NCBI RefSeq assembly: GCF_004010195.1
Contig: NC_057720.1
Location: 27,715,473-27,779,472, forward strand
Source of the DNA: Chiloscyllium plagiosum
Taxonomy: Eukaryota
DNA: 64,000 bases
Reading direction: 5' to 3'
Shown here: piece after piece, positions 38,270 through 52,250 of the stretch
How positions within the stretch are numbered: position 1 is the first letter of the stretch
Layout of the letters: every line of letters begins with the position of its first letter
Position numbers and translations under genes: made by a program
Notes under the pieces: model-generated
Databases searched by the model: none
Told to the model about the DNA's origin: nothing
Seen by the model: the letters and a program-made list of their open reading frames with translations, nothing else

Positions 38270-38759
38270 TGTTCAAAATCTTTGACAAAGCTGAGGTCCT
38301 TGAGAAATTAAACCCCTGGAATTTACATTTTAAGAGCTTTGGTTTATGTTGCCTGCTTACTTTAGTGGACCAGTATCATGAGTGGCTAGCACCGTTTTAA
38401 AAACTAGTTTCTATCTCTGAGGGTGATAATTGTGGCGAGGGCAGGTGCTGCCAGTCCAACAGGAAGCAGTTCTAATCTGGGAAGAATGGCATATCATGGA
38501 GGAGAGAGGCTTTGATGCTGCACTGGAGGTTCCAGTGGAGGAGCTAGAAAAGAAGTTAGAAGAATAACAGGCGATCTAGTTAAATACATTTTGTCCACTT
38601 TTCTAATTCAACCTAAAATTGCTGCAAGTCATCAGGTGATTTTGTTCACTACATGTCACAAAGTAATGTGGCATCTTGTATTGCCATATTACAGAAAGTG
38701 GCAGGCTGTTCACCTTCAGCTGTATCATCAAAAATATTCCCTCCATAAGTTGAGAATTT

Positions 38760-39460
38760 GAAATCTACATTGTGTACTCATCAATGTAGAGCACTACTCA
38801 TGAATCCACAATTCTAAAGTAGTCTGTGTCCATATGCAAGAACACTTGTCCTGCATCCACATTTGGGCTGACAGTTGGCAAATAATATTTGTGGCAGACA
38901 ATGACCATCTCCATCAGGAAAGTATCTAACCATTATCCCTTGACATTAAATGGCTGTAACATCACTGACTCCCCTGTTACAGCATCGGGGGTGGGAGTGG
39001 GGACGGGGGTGGGGTGGTGGTGGTGGTGGCTGTGGTTACCATTGCCCAGGAACTGATCTGAAGCTACCAAATGCATACTGTAATTGCAAGAGTAGGTCAG
39101 AGGTTAGGAATTCTGTAGTGAGAGATTCAACAAATTTTGCTCCGGTGCTGTCCATTGTCATCTGCAAGGCACAAGTCTGGACTCTGATGGAAGCATCTCC
39201 ATTTGTCTAGATGATGCAACTCAAGTGCTCCAACTTGAAGCTTAACAATATTTTGGGACAAAGCAGCCACTTGAATGGCACCCTAACTACCATATTCAGC
39301 AGTCACTTGCTTCACCACAGCACAGTGGCAGAAGTGTGTACCAACTACAAGATGCATTGCAATGACTCACCAAGGCTCCTCCCATAGCACCTTCTAAACC
39401 TGTATCCTCTATCGATTAGAAGACGAGGGCAGCAGACACATGGAACACATCCACCTGCAC
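38760..39460 (+). mobile_element. CR1/L2-group LINE 3' fragment (diverged)
   Basis: Similar to 32170-32790. Confidence 0.65.
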
Positions 39461-39464
39461 GTTC

Positions 39465-42400
39465 TATGTGTTCCTTCTGCAGTATGTGGTAGGTAAGGGT
39501 CACCTCAAGTGTCCCTGCTGACTTTATTTGTGGGAAATGCACCCAACCCCAGCTCCTCAAGAACCGTGTTAGGGAGCTTGAGCTGGATGAACTTTGGATC
39601 ATTATGGGAGGCAGAGGGGGCTATTAAGAGGAGTTAACACAGAGGTAGTTACTCCACAGCCACATGAAGAAAGTAGATGGGTTACCGTCATGGGTAGGAA
39701 AGGGAACCATGAGGGGGAGCAGACTAAGTCGTGGTCCACATCGGCACCAACGACATAGGTAGGAACAAAGGTGGAGATCTAAGGCAGAAATTCAGGGAGC
39801 TAGGGTGGAAGCTTGGAGCTAGAACAAACCGAGTTGTTATCTCTGGTTTGTTGCTCATGCCACATCCCAGTGAAGTGAGGAACAGGGAGAGCGCAGAGCT
39901 GAACACTTGGCTGCAGGGATGGTGCAGGAAGAAGGGTTTCGAATTCTTGGATAATTGGGACTCTTTTTGGGAAAGGTGGGACCTCTACAAACAGGATGGC
40001 CTTCACCTGAACCAGAGGGGCACCAATATCCTCGGGGGGGATATTTGCTAATACTGTTCTGTTTGGGGGGGAGAACCTGAATTGTAGTTCCAGTGTAAAG
40101 GAGGTTGAGGGTAGTGAGGTCAGTGATAGGTTTACAAGGTTGTGAGAGAGCACCATCAATCAGCATGTTGGTTTGAAATGTGTGCATTTCAGTGTTAGGA
40201 TCATCCAGAATAAGCTGGGTGAACTTGCAGCATGGATTGGTACCTGGTATTTTGATGTTGTGGCCATTTCAGAGACATGGCTAGAGGAGGGACAGGAATG
40301 GTTTTTGCAGATTCTGGGATTTAGATGTTTCAGTAAGAACAGAGAAGAAGATAAAAGCGGGAGGAGGTGTATGGCATTGTTAATCAGTGGTACTATTACA
40401 GCAACTGAGATAACATTTTTGAGGACTTACCCACTGAGGTAGTTCAGGCTGAGGTTAGAAACAGGAAATGAGGTCACCCTGTTGGGAGTTTTCTATAGGC
40501 CTCCTAATTGTTTCAGGGATGTAGAGGAAAGGATAGCGAAATAATTCTCGATATGAGCAAGTGTAACAGGGTAGTTGTTACGCTTTAGCTTCCTGAATGT
40601 TAACTGGGGATACTATAGATGGGTCAGTTTTTGTTCAATGTGTGCAGCAGGGTTTTCTGACACAGTATGTAGACAGGCCAACAAGGGGCAATGCCATATT
40701 GGATTTGATACTAGGGAATGAACCAGGCCTGGTGTTAGATTTGGAGGTAGGTGAGCACTTTGGCGATAGTGACCATGATTCATTATGTTTACAATAGTAA
40801 TGGGTAGGGATAGGTGTATACCGCAGAGAAAGGGGTATAACTGGAAAAGGCAATTATGAAGTGATTAAGCAAGATGTAGGATGCATAGGATGGGGAAGGA
40901 AACTGCAGGGGTTGGACACAATTGAAATGTGGAGCTTATTCAAAGAACAGCTACTGTGGGTCCTTGATAAGTATGTACCTATCTGACAGGGAGGTCGTTG
41001 TCAAGAAAGGGAGCCATGGTTTAATAAAGAAGTTGAAATTCTTGTCAAAAGCAAGAAGGCTTATGTGAGGATGAGGCATGAAGGATCAGTTAGGGGGCTT
41101 GAGAGTTACAAGTTAGCCAGAAAAGATCGAAAGAGAGGGCTAAGAAGAGCCAGGAGGGGCATGAAGTTGTTGGCGGATAGGATCAAGGAAAACCCTGAGG
41201 CCTTCTATAGGTATATCAGGAATAAAATAATGACTAGAGTAAGATTAGGGCCAATCAAAGATTGTAGTGGGAAGCTATGTGTGGAATCTCAGGGCATAGG
41301 GGAAGCGCTTAAGGAATACTTTTCATCAGTATTCACGTTGGAAAAGGGCAATGTTAGTGAGAGTACGGAGGTACAGGCTACTAGATTAGATGGGATTGCG
41401 GTTGACAAAGAGGAGGTTTTATCAATTTTGGAAGATCTGAAAATAGATAAGATCCCTGGGCCAGATGGTATTTATCCTCAGATTCTCTGGAAAGCCAGGG
41501 AGGAGATTGCAGAGCCTTTGGCTTTGATCAATGTCGACAGGAGTCATGCCAGAAGACTGGAGAGCATAGCAAATGTTGTTCCTTTGTTTAAGGAGGGGAG
41601 TCAGGACAACCCTAGTAATTATAGGCCAGTGAGCCTTACTTCGGTTGTGGGTAAGATGTTGGAAGACCTTAGGATTTACAATCATCTGGAAAGGAATCAT
41701 TTGATTAGGGATACTCAACACAGTTTTGCGAAGGGTAGGTCATGCCTCACTAACCTTATTGAGTTTTTCGAGAAGGTGACAAAACAGGTCGATGAAGGTA
41801 AAGCGGTTGGTGTGGTGTATACGGACTTCAGTAGGGCATTTGATAAGGTGCCACGCGGTAGGCTCTTACACAAAATAGAGTTTCGGAATGAAGGTGATTT
41901 AGCGGTTTGGATCAGAAATTGGTGAGCTGAGAGAAGACAGGCGATGGTTGATGGGAAATGTTCATCCTGGAGCTCAGTTACCAGTGGTGTGCCACAAAGG
42001 ATCTGTTTCGGGACCACTGCTGTTTGTCATTTTTATAAATGATCTAGATTTGGGCGTAGAGGGATGGGTTAGTAAGGTAGTAAGGCAGATGGCAATAAGG
42101 TAGGTAGAGTTGTGGATAGTGCCAAACGATGTTGTGGGTTACAGAGGGACATAGATAAGATGCAGAGCTGGGTTGAGAAGTGGCAAATGGAGTTTAATGT
42201 GGGGAAAGTGTAAGGTAGTTCATTTCGGATGCAGAGTACTGGGCTAATGGTAAAATTCTTGGTCGTGTAGATGAACAGAGATCTCTGTATCCAGGTGCAT
42301 AACTCCCTGGAAGTTCCCTTCCAGGTTGATAGGGTTGTTAAGAAGGCATATGTTGATGTTTATTGGTAGGGGGATTGAGTTTTGGAGCCACGACACCATG

Positions 42401-42950
42401 TTTCAGCTGAAGCAGACATTGATAAGGCTGGAGTATCGCGCACAGTTCTGGTCACCGCATTATAGGAAGAATGTGGAAGCTTTGGAAAGGGTGCAGGAGA
42501 TTTACTAGGATGTTGCCTGGTATGGAAGGAAGGTATTGAGAGGAAAGGCTGAGGGAACAGAGACTGTTTTCGTTGGAGAGAAGGGGAGGCGGTGAACAGT
42601 GACGTAATCGAGACACACAAGATAATCAGAGGGTTAAATATCATGCATAGTGAGAACCTTTTTCCTCAGATGGTGAAGGCTATCACGAGGGGACATAGCT
42701 TTAAATTGAGGGGTGATAGACTTAGGATAGATATCAGGAGTAGTTTCTTTACTTGGAGTAGTAGGGGTGTGGAACGGCCTGCCTGCAACAATAGTAAACT
42801 TGCTGACGTTAAGGGCATTTAAATGGGCATTGAACATACAGAGGGATAACAATGGAATGGTGTAGGTTAGATGGGCATCAGATTAATTTCACAGGTCGGC
42901 ACAACATCGAGGGCCAAAGGGCCTGTATTGTGCTGTAATGTTCTCTGTTC
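39465..42950 (+). mobile_element. Near full-length CR1 LINE (ORF1 zinc finger + SGNH esterase; ORF2 APE endonuclease + RT), disrupted
   Basis: CSFC...CGKC; VVHIGTNDIG, DGLHLN; ISETWL, GDSDH; PGPDGIYP, NYRPVSLTSVVGK, DFSRAFDKV; 3' tail; many stops and frameshifts. Confidence 0.93.
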
Positions 42951-43689
42951 TAAATATCTTTTGTCCATATCCTGAATGAATATGGACTAAGACCGCTTTG
43001 GAGCCAGCACTGCAGGCTTGTCTTTGAACCCATGTTATATTCATTTGGTCTGACTCCACTCCAGTTGGTTAACATGATCATACGTCAAGCATGCTTGAGT
43101 TCAGTTAAAATCAATTTTGGCTCATTACAGGCACACTTCTATTGGATTTGCTAATCAGCTGGTGGTAATAGCTGACAACTTTGACACAACCAGCATTTCA
43201 CATTATGTTGATTTCATTATTTTATCGTATTATAATGTAAGCTAGTTTCCACAGAGAGGTTCCACAGCCATGCTAAATGAAATACATGTCTAGATAATCT
43301 GTATTGTTTGTTTAAGGTATATCTTGGTCAGATCACTGGGAAAACTCCCCTGTTATTTGAATAATTTTGCAACCACCTGAGAATGTTGATTTTAGTTCCT
43401 CATTTGCAAGTCAGTGCCTTCTGGTAGTGCATATTTGCCCTTACTGGTAATGCAGGTTGTGTGTTCAAGATGCTCAAAGGGGTTTGAATACTTGACCTTG
43501 AGCCTTGGCTCATCCTCTGTTAACAAAGACAAAGCCAATGATTTGAATGTCCATATCTATTCCCCCAAATTGATTCATACTCAAACAACCACTTTGCTAA
43601 AAAGGATAGCATAATTTGAAAGCTGCTTGAATTGAAAAACATGTTCTAAGTGATAAATTTCTTAAATGTTCGTATGCATATTCTAATAG

Positions 43690-43766
43690 GCTGCTATGGA
43701 GTTGCTCCTGAGAAAGCAACAGAAGATTGGATCTGTGCAAGGTGTGCAGCTAATGCTTTAGCAGCA
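43690..43766 (+). CDS. KDM4A: KDM4A coding exon 14 (PHD1 end)
   Basis: CYGVAPEKATEDWICARCAANALAA; ctaatAG / GTAAGT. Confidence 0.95.
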
Positions 43767-44560
43767 GTAAGTATTTTTATTATTACAAAGCATGACTATT
43801 TATAAAAGGAGACCCAAGAGTTGTGAAGTGATCTGTTTTCTTTAAAAATGCACAGTAATTTACATTGATCCATATTAAATAATTATCCAGAAAGGTAAGA
43901 GAAGTACACAGTCATTATTTTATGCAAATTCTTAACAGTTAAATCTATTTATGCTAGGGCATTGTTAGTCAGGTTTTGTGATACCTAGTGTCTGATTAAG
44001 TAGATTAGACCTAGTGGTTAAGGAGGAGTGAATGCCACTGAAACAAAAAATTGTTATGCAGTTTGGTGGAGACATTGCCAGATGAATGAATTTCCTGGCT
44101 ACATTCTAGAACTCTGGCTGAGAGTCTCAGAATAGCAGTTGGTCTAATCAGGACCAAGATGAGAGGTTTCTTAGCCCAGAGTTATGAATCTTTGGAATTC
44201 TGTACCTAGAGGGCTGTGGATGTTCATTCAAAATGAGATTTTTTTTTAGTAATAAGTGAATTGAGGAATGAGATTAGGGTGGCAGAGTAGAGTTGAGATA
44301 GTAATAGAATTACTGCTTTTTAATTGAGTGGAAGAGCAAATTTGAATGGTTGAATAATCACCATGTGTTCTCATTAAAATACAAAATCAACAGTGTAGAA
44401 GTAGCACAAGAACATTTTTGGAACCTTTTTTGGCTTTTAAGCTTTAAGCATGCTTCTATGAATTTCCATTTTTTTGTCCATCAAGCATACAGTGTGTGAA
44501 ATTGAAATTTGAATTTCCGTTTTGTTTGAATTTCTGAAACACCAGCCTGTTTGATTCTGA

Positions 44561-44748
44561 TGTGGAGGAGCCAGTGTTGGACTGGGGTGGACAAAGTTAA
44601 AAATCACACAGCACCAGGTTATAGTCCAACAGGACTAGCATTCGGAGCACTGCTGCTTCATCAACTATCTGATGAATGAGCAGCACTCCAAAAGCTAGTG
44701 TTTCCAAATAAACCTGTTGGACTATAACCTCTTGTGTGCTTTCTAACT
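44561..44748. mobile_element. Short fold-back element (family of 1409-1610) with two mutated hammerheads back to back
   Basis: AGGTTATAGTCCAACAGG / CCTGTTGGACTATAACCT arms; + strand CUGAUGA(44669)...AAAAGCUAGUG; - strand UUGAUGA...GAAUGCUAGU. Confidence 0.75.
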
Positions 44749-44964
44749 CTGATTGACTGTTATGCTATGGTTATATAAAATTGCTGTCAATTATATCAGT
44801 TGTATACTGAAACAAAAACAATATTTGATAGGTGCTGCAAATCAAAAATCAAACCGAAAAGGCTGATAATACTCAGCAGTGTTTAATATTTTAGATGAGA
44901 CTTTTTCATCAGAACAGTTTTCAACAATTTTTGACCTGTATTACAATTCCCTTCACTTTCACAG

Positions 44965-45020
44965 GATTGTTGTCTATGTACCCTTCGGGGAGGAGCACTT
45001 CAGAAAACCACTGACAACAG
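44965..45020 (+). CDS. KDM4A: KDM4A coding exon 15
   Basis: DCCLCTLRGGALQKTTDNR; tttcacAG / GTCAGA. Confidence 0.95.
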
Positions 45021-46040
45021 GTCAGACCAACCAGTAGAACTGCACAATGTGCACATTTATTTTGTAAATGATGTTAAATCTTAAAATGTACTTGGAATTG
45101 CATGTTCTGTAGCAAGCTCAATTGAGGCAAAGTGTAGTTTTTATTAAGCTGAAGAAGTACACTTAATTTAAATGGAAGCATTAATGGGACTAAGAAATGA
45201 GATCAAGTTGATGTTCACTGATGCATCAGAGGTGGTTCTGAAGACTTCTCTCTATTTGTTTGCACCTGCTCAAAGTCTAGTTCCACTTTGTTGCTTTGGA
45301 TACAAATTCGCTGAATCTTCCCAGTGCTCTGAAATAATTATTTTCAGTTGGATGATCAGAAACTGGTGTCACTACCATACACTGCAAGATTAATTTCTTG
45401 GGCGCCAACTAAGTACTTTCGGCTGTGCATGTTCTTTGAGTTAGTATTATTGTTTCCAGCCAGCTGCTTATTTTGTATTTTCACTATTGGGCACACTGAG
45501 CACAGTTGTCCTTTCTATGGAGTTGGCGATAAGGGCAAGTTGTCCCTTTCTTGCCATCTCAGCAACTATGTGCTAGGCAAGTAGGTCCATGGACAGCCTT
45601 CTAGATCTCCACCATTTTAAAAACCCTTAAGTGGTCAATTAGTGACCTCCACAAATCGCTGACTCAATTGCTTGCCTTCCCACTAGGCAAGAAAAGTGAT
45701 TGGTTTGTTAACGAGAAAAAACCAGGGCAACCTGTCTGTTTAGGGAGCTCCACTTCCTATGGGCAGGATAGGAACCAAGTGGTGTCACTGAATCCCCACA
45801 GCTTGAATCCCATGAGATCTGTAAGGCCTTATCTTAGTTCAGACCTTTGCAGGGTAGGGGGTCCAGCAATGATCTCCAGACCCAGAAGCTGACAGCCTTT
45901 GGTCTGCAACTTCTGATGGGGAAGAGCTTCAGGATTGAGGCTTGTGACTTGCTGAAATCTCACAGGGCAGCTCTTGGGTGCCTAATTTGAGCTTTATCTG
46001 GCAAACATGGTGTAAGGATGGGGAATTTAATCACCTCTGA

Positions 46041-46349
46041 AGATTAGATTAGATTACTTACAGTGTGGAAACAGGCCCTTCGGCCCAACAAGTCCACACC
46101 GACCCACCGAAGTGCAACCCACCCATACCCCTACATTTACCCCTTTAACCTAACACTACGGGCAATTTAGCATGGCCAAATCACCTGACCCGCACATCTT
46201 TGTGACTGTGGGAGGAAACCGGAGGAAACCCACGCAGACATTGGGAGAATGTGCAAACTCCACACAGTCAGTCACCTGAGTCGGGAATTGAACCCGGGTC
46301 TCTGGCGCTGTGAGGCAGCAGTGCTAACCACTGTGCCACCGTGCCGCCC
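46041..46349 (-). mobile_element. HE1-like SINE, young full-length copy
   Basis: Near-identical to 37826-38145. Confidence 0.93.
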
Positions 46350-47571
46350 AAACTGTTGCCTCAACTCTTGGTGTATGGAACTCTTAATCTCAACTGTTTT
46401 CTTGATTTAATAAGTTTTCTGATATGATATCTTTTATCTAGGAAATGGTTTGGCCATTGCAAACTGATCTTAATTTATTTTATTAATCTGAACACTTAAT
46501 CCAGGGCTGTTTGATGGATTATTGAATATTTGAAGTTGGCAGAGGGGATGGGGGTATTATTTTGCAAACCAGTTTTCTTACTCCATATTTCAGATAACCA
46601 GGTAACTCAGAAAGCCTTTTTGTGTTGTCATGTCTGAGTTGCTGCTTATAAAGATAACCAAGTTAATCCCAGTTTCCTGATCTTACCCCTTTAAATATAT
46701 TTGCTTTTGAAAGTTACTATTGAATATTTCACTGTTGCCCTTCTGCCCTTTTCCAGTAATGCATTATTTACTGCATTAAAAACTCTAAAGTCTCTTCCTT
46801 AAATCTCAGTCCTATGATTATTGACTTTCATATCAGTGGAAGCAGTTTCTTCTTTTAACATTGACTGTCTGTTTAATTTTCCTGTGGACTTTGTGATCTG
46901 TGGAGCTGATCTCAGCTTCTTGTGATATTAATGTCCCTCATGCATGGCTTCATTCGAGTGAATTGTTTGTATATCTTGTCTAGGTCCTTGATGTCACCTT
47001 TTGAAATGTGATGACTAGAATTCAATATTAACCTTACCTAGGTCTCAGCTAGAGAATTATTAGGGAATAGCATAACTTTTGCTATGTTAAGTACTGGCCA
47101 AGTCGTGAAATGTAATGTGGGAGTAGCTACTAGCCACTGATTTCAACATTCAAACAGTCTTTTCACTACAGTTCTGAACTGAGTAATTGAGTGATTGCAT
47201 GATTCCAACTGTATATTCATTTCATTTCCTCAGTCTGGTTCAGTATCTTCACCCAGCTTGAAAAATCATTGGGAAAGAACACCCATCTTCTGCCATGGTG
47301 GGATGTCTTTTATGATCTGGTCAGAGATATTTAAAAAGTTGTTGGAAGTAAGCTATATTAGAGAGATTTGCAATCAGGATGTGAAGTGAAATAAGAGTAA
47401 TGTGTTATGCAACAATGTAAATTCATTTCCCACTGACAAAACCTTAAGTAATCTGAAAATGTGTTAACACATAAACTCTACGCGAGCAACCTGATTGTGC
47501 AAAGACACCACATTTGTTAGTTTATTCACTAGGTCTATCCTATTTCAGTGCTACTTTTAAAATTTATGCAG

Positions 47572-47680
47572 GTGGGTACATCTACTGTGTGCTGTTGCAG
47601 TGCAAGAAGTACGGTTTGTGAATGTGGCTGAACGTGGCCCTGTGGATGTCAGTCCGATACCGCCACTACGCTGGAAACTG
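47572..47680 (+). CDS. KDM4A: KDM4A coding exon 16
   Basis: [36 protein letters not shown]; tatgcAG / GTATGG. Confidence 0.95.
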
Positions 47681-48596
47681 GTATGGAATCATAATGTTGA
47701 AGTATCATAATAAAATGTAATTTGCAAAAGCCAATTTCAAATGTACACTAGGAATTAATGCACTGATCAAGTTTCTCTACTGTTCACTGCCCCAAACAAC
47801 TTTTCTAAAATTTTAATCCATGAAGCTATTTTTTTGCTTTTGCCACGAATGCATTTGGTTTGCTCACTGCTAACTGTGTAAATTGGCCAGCAGTGTACAT
47901 TTTGAAATTCTGTTTTTAATCTGTTCTTAGGATACAGCTAAGCCAACATCTTTACCTCCTCGCTATTTGCCCTTTTGAAGATAGTGGTGAGCTACCTGAA
48001 TCGCTGCAATGAAAAGGGTATATTGACACTACAGTGCTGTTAAGGAAGGACATTCCAGAATTTTAGCTCAGGCACAGTGAAGGGGTACTGATATAGTTCC
48101 AGGTCAAGATAGTGTGTGGTTTGGAGATGAACTTGCAGGTGGCGGTGTTCCCATGCATCTTATACCCTTGACTTTCTAGGTGACAGAGTTTGTGAAAGAG
48201 GTAGAGGTGCTATTGAATTGGAGGGAGAAAATGCCTGACAGCTAAAAGCCATGTTAAATAAGCAAAATAACAATTTACATCAAATTATTTTCAGCTACAC
48301 TAAAAACAGTTATTTTCTTGATCATAAATTATTTAAAAAGAACAGAAATACACAGTAGTCAATGACTAACAGTATTCTGGGGAAGTGTCACTGGACCTGA
48401 AATGTTAACTGATTTCTCTGCACAGATGCTGCCAGACTGCTAAGTTTTTCCAGCAATTTGTTTTGTTTCTGATTTCTAGCACCCACTGTTCTTGTTTTTT
48501 GTTTAATGACCAATCATAGTTGTCTTTGAGTTCAGAAGTTACAACTGCTGCGATAAACTGATATGTAATAGTTAACTGCTGCCCTTTATCTGAATC

Positions 48597-48681
48597 AGGC
48601 AAAAGTGAGGACTGCAGATGCTGGAGATCAGAGTCGAGATTAGAGTGGTGCTGGAAAAGCACAGCACCACTCTAATCTAGA
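48597..48681. mobile_element. 85-bp hairpin PLE-terminus insertion
   Basis: Perfect 17-bp stem 48637-48653 / 48662-48678; perfect 13-bp TSD CTTTATCTGAATC at 48584-48596 and 48682-48694. Confidence 0.8.
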
Positions 48682-48714
48682 CTTTATCTGAATCGGTTTG
48701 GAAGACCATTCTTT

Positions 48715-49003
48715 TTAGATTAGATTCCCTACAGAATGGAGACAGGCCCTTCAGCCCAACAAATCCACACCAAATACCATACCGTATACTTACCCCTGAC
48801 TAATGCACCTAATACTGTGGGCAATTTAGCATGACCAATTCACCTGACCTGCACATCTTTGTGATTGTGGGAGGAAACCGGAGTATCCGGAGGAAACCCA
48901 TGCAGCCACTGGGAGAAAGGACAAACAGTCGCCCAAGGCGGAAATCGAACCCATGTCCCTGATGCTGTGAGGCAGCAGTGCTAAACACTGAGCCACCATG
49001 CCA
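48715..49003 (-). mobile_element. HE1-like SINE
   Basis: Reverse complement of SINE head and tail. Confidence 0.87.
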
Positions 49004-50093
49004 CACCAGTCTCTGCAATTTTTATTTCTGCTGCTTCCCGTCATGTTGGCTGTTGCAAGTTTTGAATCAACATTTCATGTATCCAAACTCCGCTTCACGA
49101 TTCGAGTCCAGATTTTAAGTTAACATTCCAGTGCAATATGTACTGACTGTGTTAAACTAAGACCCTGTTTACCTTTGAGTATAAATTGTAAACAAAAAAA
49201 AGTGCAGAGCTATTCAATAAATAGAATGATCACTTATGATCTTCAGAAATTTGTATTTAAATGGAAGCTATTGTTCTATGTATCTACAACATCTTGTATC
49301 CCTGCCGATAGTTCATCAAGAACAACCGTCACCAAAGTGTACTACCAGATCATTGATCTTGTTACTCCTTGTGGAACATTGGTTTTCCTGCTGTGCTCTC
49401 TTATATAAAGAGAATATAATTGGCAGCTGTGAATGAAAATGGGAAAAGTAGCTTACATATTTTTGGTTTAGGCAAATTATATCATTTTGATTGGATACCT
49501 CAATTATTCAGCCGGTCCATCTGTTCTTTCCATCAGCATATTTGTTTTTGTTTTTTTAAATTCATCTTCATAATTTATTTACTACTTTTTAAAAATTATA
49601 TCTTTACCTCCCTATTCCTACCATTTTTCATTGTTTTATTAGACATTGTTTTGGGTTAAGAGTGCTACAATTTCATAATCTATTTGGTTTACCTGTTTTT
49701 CAATGATCCTTTACAGAAAGTGAGCGGAGCTCCTTTCAGTTGTTAGAAATATGGTGAGATTTTTGATGCTACCAGTGTAAAACCAAAGAAGTGGAGTATC
49801 AAAATATTTTCTTACTACTGTCTTGTTTGCCAAAAAGTAATGTGTGGAAAGTTATTGATGGTAAAGATTTGAGTGTTAAAAAAAATGCAAATAAAAGTAA
49901 ACTTTTGAAGTTAAATTAATTTAAATTTGACATTGAGTGCATTGCAGATGTGAGTTTGTTTCCTAGGCCAAGTTATAAAGTGCAGTAAAAATATGTCTGG
50001 TGGTGTACATGGAAACAAATTGACCAGTATTACCAAATATCCCAACCATATAATTGTGTGCTTTTATCAATGATGTAACTTTGATCTCTGCAG

Positions 50094-50282
50094 AAATGCT
50101 TCTATTGTAAGAAAAGAATGAAGAAGACTGGTGGTTGCTGTGTGCAATGTTCCCATGGCCGTTGTCCCACTTCCTTTCATGCAACCTGCGCCCAAGCTGC
50201 TGGTGTGATCATGCAGCCTGATGACTGGCCGTTTGTAGTCTTTATCACTTGTTGCAGGCACAAAACACCCAATCAAGCAGAG
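50094..50282 (+). CDS. KDM4A: KDM4A coding exon 17 (PHD2)
   Basis: [63 protein letters not shown]; ctctgcAG / GTAGGC. Confidence 0.96.
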
Positions 50283-51446
50283 GTAGGCTATGTTGAAAAG
50301 TAGCAACTATTAATTGATGCTAAATGGATTGATTGCTCCACACCTCCTGCTTGTCAAATAAATTTATGTCCAGCATTGTTTTCAATTGCATTTGAGGTAC
50401 AAGGAAGGGAGTGCAAGGACCAGTTCACCAGATTAATCCCTTTGATTGTAGACTTGTCTTTTGAGGATACTCTATCTACATTCTCCGAGTTTCAAAGAAT
50501 GAAAAGTATCTTCATTTGAAACTTACAGAATTCTTACATGCCTTGACAGTGTGGATGTATATAACATGTTTCCCCTGGCTGGTGAGTCTAAAACCAGAGG
50601 ACATAATCTCACAATGAGGGTTAGGCCATTTAAGACCGATGAGGATGATGAATCTTGGAATTATCTAACCCAGAAGGCTGGAGACTAGTGACATGAAAGA
50701 ATATGGAGATAATGCGGGAAAGTGGCATTGAAGGAATAGCTGGGACCTATTGCAAGGGTATCGGTAGGCTTATTGAGCAATTTAAAGGTGACGGGCAATT
50801 GGCCTAGAAAATGTGTAAACATGAGAAAGAAAGAGAGGTAAACTCTGTGTTAAACAGTGGTGCTGTTAGCTGTTTGACTAAAGAGAATTGAACAAGAGTT
50901 CTGTAGTTTTGAAAGATAGAGAAATCTTCGAACAGTTGGCTAGTTATGTGTTGCTAAGTCTTAAAGGCAGTGTGTTATTAATGGTTAAGTGAAACAGAAA
51001 GTGGGGGTTGAATGCTCACAAGCATTAATGAGCCAGAAGAGAGGTCAAGAATGTTTGCCAGATAATAAGACTGGTATGGTTAAGCTTGTTGCTTGTGAAA
51101 AGCTACAATTATGATTTAGTGCTAGAATGTATTTCCTAAGAGTGAAGGGGAAACAGCCCCAAAAAAGGAAGATGGACCATCAGAACTTGAACAATTGTTC
51201 AGACTATTCATGACAAAGTAGCTTTTGAGGGAGGTTGAAGGCCAGGTCATGAAAACCAAAGAATCATAATGCCTTGTAATGTTTTACCAGGTTTTGGTTA
51301 CCCATTTTGTCCAATTAAACCTTTTGGACTACAACCTGGTATTGTGATTTTTAACTTTGTACACCCCAATCCAACACCGGCATCTCACAAATCATTTTGT
51401 TATTGATATCTTGGGTGCGGGGAGTGGTGTGTGAGAAATCCATGGG

Positions 51447-52250
51447 ATCTGTTCAGATAAATGCGAGGTGCTGCATTTTGGGAAACTGATGTATAGACAT
51501 TGTTTTGGGTTTTAGGACTTATACACTTAATGGTAAAGTCCTAGGGAGTGTTGCTGAACAAAGAGACCTTGAAGTGCAGGTTCATAACTCCTTGAAAGTG
51601 AAGTCGCAGGTCGATAGGATAGTGAAGAAGGTGTTTGGTATGCTTTCCTTTATTGGTCTGAGTATTGAGTACAGGAGTTGGGAGGTCATGTTGCGGCTGT
51701 ACAGGACATTGGTTAGGCCACTATTGGATTATTGCGTGCAATTCTGGTCTCCTTTATATGTTATGAAACTTGAAAGGGTTCAGAAAAGAAGATTTGCAAG
51801 GATGTTGCCAGGGTTGGAGGATTTGAGCTGTAGGGAGAGGCTGAACAGGCTGGGGCTGTTTTCCCTGGAGCGTCGGAGGCTGAGGGGTGACCTTATAGAG
51901 GTTTACAAAATTGAGTGACATGGATGGGATAAATAGACAAAGTCTTTTCCCTGGGATCGGGGAATCCAGAACTAGGTTTAGGGTGAGAGGGGAAAGAAAT
52001 AAGAGAGACCTAAGGGGCAACTTTTTCACGCAGAGGGTGGTACGTGTATGGAATGAGCTGCCAGAGGATGTGGTGGAGGCTGGTACAATTACAACATTTA
52101 AAGGCATTCGGATGGGTATATGAATAGGAAGGGTTTGGAGGGATATGGGCTGTCTGCTGGCAGGTGGGACGAGATTGAGTTGGGATATCTGGTCGGCGTG
52201 GACAGATTGGACCGAAGGGTCTGTTTCCATACCGTACATCTCAATGACTT
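51447..52250 (+). mobile_element. CR1 LINE 3' fragment
   Basis: LYRTLVRPLLDYCVQFWSP...RRRLRGDLIEVYKI and 3' UTR. Confidence 0.9.

Noticed and set aside
41065..41925. 286-aa ORF, longest in the track, as a host gene
   Set aside because: It is a CR1 ORF2 segment within a disrupted LINE.
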